From: Minisyncoccota bacterium | Lineage (GTDB): Bacteria; Patescibacteriota; Minisyncoccia; Phycocordibacterales; UBA9973 | Assembly: GCA_041674285.1 (NCBI GenBank) | Contig: JBAYVZ010000002.1 | Coordinates: 14,600-78,599 of the forward strand | Reading direction: 5' to 3' | DNA length: 64,000 nucleotides | Shown here: piece by piece, positions 58,238-64,000 of the stretch | Layout: every line of letters begins with the position of its first letter | Numbering within the stretch: position 1 is the stretch's first letter | Translations under genes and position numbers: made by a program | The notes under the pieces: generated by a model | What the model was told of the DNA's origin: nothing | Database searches by the model: none | The model's input: only the letters and a program-made list of their open reading frames with translations

Positions 58238-58323
58238 ACGTATTAAATTAAAATGGGTTTTTTGTGATATTACCACAAAATAATAAAAAAACAATGGATC
58301 ATAAATCCATTGTTTTTTTATTA

Positions 58324-59601
58324 TTAAGAAACTTTTTCTAGTTTAATATTTATTAGTCTGATTATGTTGCCGGACAATACTTTTAATTCTACGTAGTCAC
58401 CTACATTTTTATCTCTAATCAGAAAAGTAAAATCTCCTTCTTCATCTATCTTTTGACCGTCTATTTCCAGGATGACATCACCCTCTTTGATGCCTGCTTT
58501 CTCAGCTGGAGAATTTGGCACAATAGCTGTTTCCCCCTTGGATCCTTTTGTAATCCACACACCATAGTCCACAGTCAGACCCTTGCTCTTTTTAATCTCT
58601 GGATTTATCGTGACGTATCTTACTCCTACATAAGGCCTAGATATAGTACCGGTCTTTTTTACAGAATCAATAACACTCTTTATGCTATTGATAGGTAGAG
58701 CAAACCCAATATTCTCAGACCCAGAAACAACAGCGACATTTACTCCAATAACATTAGAATTAATGTCGAGCAGTGGGCCACCTGAATTCCCTGGATTGAT
58801 AGCTGCGTCAGTCTGAATCACTTTACTTAATTTTTCAGATCCGCCCCCGCCAGTCGATGCAGTTACAGACCTAGACAATCCAGACACCACACCCACAGAT
58901 ACAGTATTTTTAAATTGACCCAGAGCATTACCTATAGCTACTACACTCTGCCCCACCTCAATAGTATCTGAGTCCCCTAATTGCAAATATGAGAATTTAT
59001 CCGTTGAAGATACTTTTAATATTGCTACGTCTAGCACATCATCCCGTGCAAGAACCGTCGCATCATATACCTTGCTATTATTCAGAGTGACACTGTACGA
59101 AGCACTAGTATCAGATACTACATGCTTATTTGTGACTATATATCCATCAGAAGATATGAGGAAGCCTGTCCCACTACCAGTCTTTTTCTTCTCCGTACCG
59201 TTCTGGACATAAGTAGGGGTTCTAAATATTCCACCAAAAACATTGGTGTCATTGTAAACTACATCATATTTAGGGACATCTTTCATCCCCACGATAGAGA
59301 CTACAGCTACATTTGATTTACGAACTACGTCTACGACAGTTGGATTCTTTACCTGTTGCGATGCGACAGGCGTAGGCTCAGTATCCAATACAGGCTCTGG
59401 TATATTTGAGTAGACAGAGACAATCTGATTATCCTGACTAGTTATAATAAAATCAATAATTCTATTTTTATTCAAAAAAATAACCAAACAAAAAACCAAG
59501 AGTGTAGCTACTGTGGTCAAAAAACTCACCGCAACAGTTTTGCGTATTTTGCGACTTATAATCTTATTTATTTTTTGAAAATTAATTTTTTGCACAATCA
59601 A
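58324..59601 (-). CDS. HtrA/DegP-like serine protease with PDZ domain
   Basis: GTGF, TNKHV, IQTDAAINPGNSGGPL, SPAEKAG. Confidence 0.95.
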   Translation of the reverse strand: MIVQKINFQKINKIISRKIRKTVAVSFLTTVATLLVFCLVIFLNKNRIIDFIITSQDNQIVSVYSNIPEPVLDTEPTPVASQQVKNPTVVDVVRKSNVAVVSIVGMKDVPKYDVVYNDTNVFGGIFRTPTYVQNGTEKKKTGSGTGFLISSDGYIVTNKHVVSDTSASYSVTLNNSKVYDATVLARDDVLDVAILKVSSTDKFSYLQLGDSDTIEVGQSVVAIGNALGQFKNTVSVGVVSGLSRSVTASTGGGGSEKLSKVIQTDAAINPGNSGGPLLDINSNVIGVNVAVVSGSENIGFALPINSIKSVIDSVKKTGTISRPYVGVRYVTINPEIKKSKGLTVDYGVWITKGSKGETAIVPNSPAEKAGIKEGDVILEIDGQKIDEEGDFTFLIRDKNVGDYVELKVLSGNIIRLINIKLEKVS

Positions 59602-59606
59602 TAAAA

Positions 59607-60218
59607 TTATCTAATAATGAAAAACCCTAGAACCATAGCTATAAAATTCAATATAGTATGACTAATAGATATAAGTATTATATTTGGCTTATATATATAC
59701 ATCCAGGCAAAACCTATTCCCGCAATAAAAGTCAGAGGTAATACAAATACTGCATTTGCATATATCACATGAATTAAAGCAAACACTAAAGCATTTATAA
59801 ATATCACAATCTTTATATCCTCAAAAGCTTTCAATAGCATTTTAATTAGCACTCCACGGAAAACTATCTCTTGTAAAATACTTATAGGGGCAAATAATAA
59901 TAAAAATTTCTTATTCTCGTACCAATTCATCATCGGATTATGAGGGACTAGGGTCTCGAGCCACAACAAGAAAAAAATTGCACCAAAAGTAAATAGCAAG
60001 TAGGATTTCCAGTCTGACAACCAGTCTTTTTTAAAACCTATGTCTTCATATGTCCAAGCCGCTCTATGTATAACACCGAGAAGCATAATCGCTACAAAAA
60101 ATAAAACCAGGAAACGATAACTACCAGGAATAATATTGAAGTACAATAAAAACACGGGCAAGAGAAACAAATAAAATATCTGGACCAAAACTATTTCTTT
60201 TTCTCTGAATGTGTCCAT
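59607..60218 (-). CDS. CPBP/CAAX-family intramembrane glutamic endopeptidase
   Basis: QEIVFRG, FALIH, H...N motifs in a multi-TM protein. Confidence 0.85.
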   Translation of the reverse strand: MDTFREKEIVLVQIFYLFLLPVFLLYFNIIPGSYRFLVLFFVAIMLLGVIHRAAWTYEDIGFKKDWLSDWKSYLLFTFGAIFFLLWLETLVPHNPMMNWYENKKFLLLFAPISILQEIVFRGVLIKMLLKAFEDIKIVIFINALVFALIHVIYANAVFVLPLTFIAGIGFAWMYIYKPNIILISISHTILNFIAMVLGFFIIR

Positions 60219-60222
60219 GGGA

Positions 60223-60594
60223 TTATTTTAAAATTCTATTTACCTTTTCTACGTCACGAGCGATCTGCTCTACCAGGTCGACGGTCTCATCAAACATCTG
60301 TATGTCGCGTATATATTCTACTATATCAACTTCGATATCTAAGCCATCTGTATTTGGGAAATTGTCATCGGTAACATCTATCAGATACACTTCGAGCTGT
60401 GATTCCTTTTCTCCAAAAGTAGGGACCGGACCAAAGTGTAATGCACCCTTGTATGCCCTACCACCAATATCTACCCATGCGGCGTAAATACCCTCTTCGA
60501 GCATTATCTCTTCGGGGATAGTCAGATTAATCGTCGGGAAACCCAGATTCTTGCCGCGACCGATACCTTTTATATGTCTTGATTGAAATACCAT
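60223..60594 (-). CDS. Stand-alone riboflavin kinase (RibF C-terminal domain)
   Basis: GRGKNLGFPTIN, G.Y, G..PTF, LEVYL, IR....F......QI..D. Confidence 0.9.
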   Translation of the reverse strand: MVFQSRHIKGIGRGKNLGFPTINLTIPEEIMLEEGIYAAWVDIGGRAYKGALHFGPVPTFGEKESQLEVYLIDVTDDNFPNTDGLDIEVDIVEYIRDIQMFDETVDLVEQIARDVEKVNRILK

Positions 60595-60617
60595 TTTAAT
60601 ATTTTACACTATTTAGA

Positions 60618-61538
60618 TTAATTTGTAATCTGGACAGATTGATTGATGCGGGCGATTTTATATATAGCAAAACAAAGCACAAAAGCAGCAATTAGCTGAG
60701 ATGCGGACAAGAAGTTATTGTATAGCTTCATATCTATGAGTATGGCCACAAATGGGAATGTGAGTTCTAAAATTGTAGCGATGTGGACTTTTGTCATAGA
60801 CAGACCCTTGTAGTAGATCACCAGGGCAACCATCCCCGTAGACACAGCAATCAAACTAAACAAGCCGAACTGATTCAGGGTCGGTAGAAATAATGAACCT
60901 CCATATCCAAGGACCAAAAGCACAACCAGAGAGATGACACCAGTAAATAAAAATCTATAGAAAGTAGTCACTTCGTGGGAAATTTTTGTCAGTATCATCT
61001 TTGAAAATGTAGTTGATGTACCCCATGCAAATGCAGCACCCACAGCATAGAGTGCGGCTATCACAGTATCCCCTCCTGTAGCCATATTCACATAGCCATC
61101 TTTGAATGTCACAAAAAATGCTGCGATGATAGCAATCACAGCCCACTTTATATATGACTTTTCAAATTTTTCTTTCAATAAAATCGAGGAACTAGTGATG
61201 GCAAAGATAGGCTGAATCTTTTGTAATAAAAATACTACAGAGAAAGATATAAAATGTACTTTCAAAAGTGCAGTAGTAAACCATAGAGTACCGAGTAGAC
61301 CACTGAGTATAGCGACAAGTAATAGTAACCAAAAACTACGCCTATCTATCTTCTCTAAAATAATTTTCTTCCAAACAAAAGGTAGCAGTATGACTAGGCC
61401 TATTATATGTTCAAAAAATATTATAGTTATAGGTGGCAGACTATACAAAGACCTCCTGATAACCCCATCAAAAGCCCATAGTAGCGCAGCAATTATTATA
61501 AATACCGGTCCCCAATTTTTAATTCCCATTTTATTCAT
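60618..61538 (-). CDS. DMT/EamA family transporter
   Basis: About 10 TM with two EamA repeats. Confidence 0.85.
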   Translation of the reverse strand: MNKMGIKNWGPVFIIIAALLWAFDGVIRRSLYSLPPITIIFFEHIIGLVILLPFVWKKIILEKIDRRSFWLLLLVAILSGLLGTLWFTTALLKVHFISFSVVFLLQKIQPIFAITSSSILLKEKFEKSYIKWAVIAIIAAFFVTFKDGYVNMATGGDTVIAALYAVGAAFAWGTSTTFSKMILTKISHEVTTFYRFLFTGVISLVVLLVLGYGGSLFLPTLNQFGLFSLIAVSTGMVALVIYYKGLSMTKVHIATILELTFPFVAILIDMKLYNNFLSASQLIAAFVLCFAIYKIARINQSVQITN

Positions 61539-61597
61539 ATAGATGATAGTATACTAATAAAATTAATATTTAAAAAGCCCCATATTGGGGCTTTTTA

Positions 61598-62023
61598 TTA
61601 TCTAGATAAAGTTGTCGGTCTAATCTGAACAGAGGTTGCTGTGACTGAGCCATCACTATTTGTAGTACCATTTATCATCACTTGCTTACCTGTGGATACG
61701 TCAGAGATTAAACCTTAAGCAAACTTACTAATCTCAGTAGATGGAGAATACAATACTATCTTGGAACTACCGTCTCGCATCTTTACTACCATACTATTTG
61801 TATCGACAGACAAGACTTCGCCACTCACAAAACCACCACCTCTCATACTCATACCACCTTGACCTCTATTCATAGACCCACCCTTTGCAGAAAATCCAGA
61901 ATCCATACCTCCCTTCATCGTCGAAGTAGAACTACTATTTCCTACAAAAAATCCTACCCCTCCACCAATAATAAATGCAATAATCACTATAACCAAGAAA
62001 TGCTCCTTTTTTATATTTTTCAT
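61598..62023 (-). pseudogene. Membrane-anchored OB-fold-like (DUF5666-like) protein interrupted by an in-frame TAA (61715-61717)
   Basis: Frame continues after TAA as GLISDVSTGKQVMINGTTNSDGSVTATSVQIRP to TAA at 61598, right before a terminator. Confidence 0.7.
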
Positions 62024-62073
62024 ATGTTTAAAATAATTAGTTAAATAATTAATAATACTAATAAAATAAATCG

Positions 62074-63297
62074 TTATTCATACCTCAGGGCTTCAATGGG
62101 ATTGAGCTTTGAAGCTTTTTTTGCAGGATAATAACCAAATACAATACCAATAGCAGCAGAGACACCAAATGACAACAAGACAGAAGATACAGATACAGTA
62201 GTCTGAAGTATCCCCAACTTGGAAACAAGCGCCGAGACACCCCACCCGAGAGCCACACCTATGACACCTCCGATAAATGTCAGCATTATGGCTTCGATTA
62301 AAAATTGACGATTTATATCACGACGCTGTGCACCGATAGCTTTGCGTAGGCCAATCTCCCGAGTACGCTCGGTTACAGTAGTGAGCATCATATTCATGAT
62401 GCCGATACCTCCTACTACCAATGATATACCCGCAACAGCAGCTAGTAATATAGTAAATGTACCAGTGACAGAGGAAGCTGTAGCTATGATATCTGCTTGA
62501 TTCAAAGTAGAAAAATCTGCAGCAGAAGGGTCAGTAATATCATGACGCGACAACAACAGATTAGTAATTTCTGATTGTACGACAGTAGTGGTATCTGCGT
62601 CCTCTGCACTGACAGAGATACTAGACACATACTCATCCCCAGAAAGAAACTTTTGAGCAGTTGTGACTGGAATAAAAATCATATCATCTGAATTCTGAAA
62701 ACCAGATCCACCTTTTGATCGAGTTACACCTATAACTTTAAAATTAATTTGTTTTATTTTTATGGTCTTGCCGATAGGATCAGTATCTTCACCAAACAAA
62801 TCCACCTGAACGGTAGGACCGATGACTGCAACTTTGGCTGAGCTGTCTACATTTTGATCGGTAATAAATGATCCATTATCTACAAATAAATTACGGACAT
62901 CTGAATACGAGGCAGTGGTACCTACTACTGATGTATTTGTATTTGTACCTTTTGCAGATACTTGATATCGACTAGTAACTTCGGGTGATACAGACCGAAC
63001 CCCAACTATACCGGACTGTATAGCATACGCATCATCTAGAGTTAGACTCTTGGCAGTACCTCTACCACCACTAACTTGAAATCCAGGTCCACGAGCCGTA
63101 CCCGGAGTCACTATAATTAAGTTAGATCCGATTGATTGTATTGATGCCTGAATCGAGGACTGAGCCCCTTGACCGATAGCTGTCATAGCGATTACGGATG
63201 CGATACCAATAACGATACCGAGCATAGTCAGACCTGATCGGATTTTGTTACTGGATAGTGCAATCCATGTCTCTTCTAAAATATCTTTTGTTTTCAT
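62074..63297 (-). CDS. MacB/FtsX-family ABC transporter permease
   Basis: RSGLTMLGIVIG, GGIGIMNMML.TVTERTREIG.RKA.GA, PIEALRYE. Confidence 0.95.
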   Translation of the reverse strand: MKTKDILEETWIALSSNKIRSGLTMLGIVIGIASVIAMTAIGQGAQSSIQASIQSIGSNLIIVTPGTARGPGFQVSGGRGTAKSLTLDDAYAIQSGIVGVRSVSPEVTSRYQVSAKGTNTNTSVVGTTASYSDVRNLFVDNGSFITDQNVDSSAKVAVIGPTVQVDLFGEDTDPIGKTIKIKQINFKVIGVTRSKGGSGFQNSDDMIFIPVTTAQKFLSGDEYVSSISVSAEDADTTTVVQSEITNLLLSRHDITDPSAADFSTLNQADIIATASSVTGTFTILLAAVAGISLVVGGIGIMNMMLTTVTERTREIGLRKAIGAQRRDINRQFLIEAIMLTFIGGVIGVALGWGVSALVSKLGILQTTVSVSSVLLSFGVSAAIGIVFGYYPAKKASKLNPIEALRYE

Positions 63298-63415
63298 CCC
63301 GTATGAAATAGGAAATGTCTACATTTCCGTATTTAATTATATTCATCATTAATAATACCGACTGAGTTTATCTTTTAAATCCGTAAAAAATAAAACAAAC
63401 ACATTTCGTACGGGA
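63298..63415 (-). mobile_element. Start-codon-inserted TIR element, copy 6 (ABC permease)
   Basis: Sense ATGAA-TCCCGTACGAAAT...ATTTCATACGGG-ATGAA. Confidence 0.85.
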
Positions 63416-63425
63416 TTCATATTAT

Positions 63426-64000
63426 TTAAACTTTTGTTTTTTTATCACTGAGAATCAATCCGTCCTTGATATGAATAATCCTATCTGCATGCATAGCGAC
63501 GTCTAGTTCATGAGTAATCAATATAATAGTACGACCATGTTCACGATTTAATTTTTCAAAAGTTCCTAATACTATATCCCCAGTCTTTGAGTCTAGATTA
63601 CCAGTCGGCTCATCCGCCAGAATCAACGTAGGGTCATTCACCAATGCACGAGCAATCGCTACGCGCTGTATCTGCCCACCAGACAACTGATTAGAAAGAT
63701 GGTTAAAATGCTGTTCATCGAGACCCGCGGCCAATAGTGCAGAGCTTGCCCTCTTTATCCTTTCTGATTCTTCAACTCCAGCATATACTAACGGCAAACT
63801 CACATTTCGTATGACAGTAGTACGAGGAAGTAGATTGAATGATTGAAAGACAAAACCGATTTTATCTTTTCTTATATTTGCCAATTCATCATCAGACAAA
63901 GTAGAGACATCTCTATTGTCTAAAAAATAAGAACCTGAAGTCGGATTATCTAATGCTCCCAATATATGCATCAATGTAGATTTTCCTGAACCAGACGGAC
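63426..64000 (-). CDS. ABC transporter ATP-binding protein (LolD/MacB type), N-terminus outside window
   Basis: PSGSGKST at the window edge, [19 protein letters not shown]. Confidence 0.95.
   Translation of the reverse strand, partial: PSGSGKSTLMHILGALDNPTSGSYFLDNRDVSTLSDDELANIRKDKIGFVFQSFNLLPRTTVIRNVSLPLVYAGVEESERIKRASSALLAAGLDEQHFNHLSNQLSGGQIQRVAIARALVNDPTLILADEPTGNLDSKTGDIVLGTFEKLNREHGRTIILITHELDVAMHADRIIHIKDGLILSDKKTKV

Noticed and set aside
56467-61717. Genome-wide stop-codon reassignment
   Set aside because: Most genes end normally at TAA and conserved proteins are full length under code 11; only two internal TAAs were seen.

Overview
A 64-kb, AT-rich stretch of a small-genome bacterium using genetic code 11. 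Gene content and style point to Patescibacteria/CPR, probably Parcubacteria (inference): short IF2, alpha2-type GlyRS, IleRS with an inserted domain, PaaX/Cas2-like protein, and mostly leaderless starts without Shine-Dalgarno sequences. It carries housekeeping genes (dnaX, serS, dprA, topA, RelA/SpoT, parB, clpB, infB, rbfA, secG, rnj, rpsF-ssb-rpsR, metG, glyQS, recO, ileS, argS), four tRNAs, a T-box, a dTTP/nucleotide-sanitising cluster and scattered AT-rich ORFans. The most striking feature is a family of ~115-120 bp non-coding elements with 12-13 bp terminal inverted repeats (CCCGT...ACGGG) that show compensatory changes. Six copies sit exactly at the ATG of dnaX, a hypothetical gene, rpsR, ssb, glyQS and an ABC permease, all in the same orientation. 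Each duplicates the first 4-6 nt of the gene and leaves the original initiation context on the upstream ATG. A degenerate copy precedes relA and a 70-bp GC-rich relative follows tatD. Other observations: structured elements appended to tRNA-Gln and tRNA-Leu that contain inverted and direct copies of the tRNA 3' end, an unnamed RNA-like motif present twice, and a PaaX/Cas2-like gene bracketed by twin palindromes. Three genes are broken by single-base lesions, possibly assembly errors.
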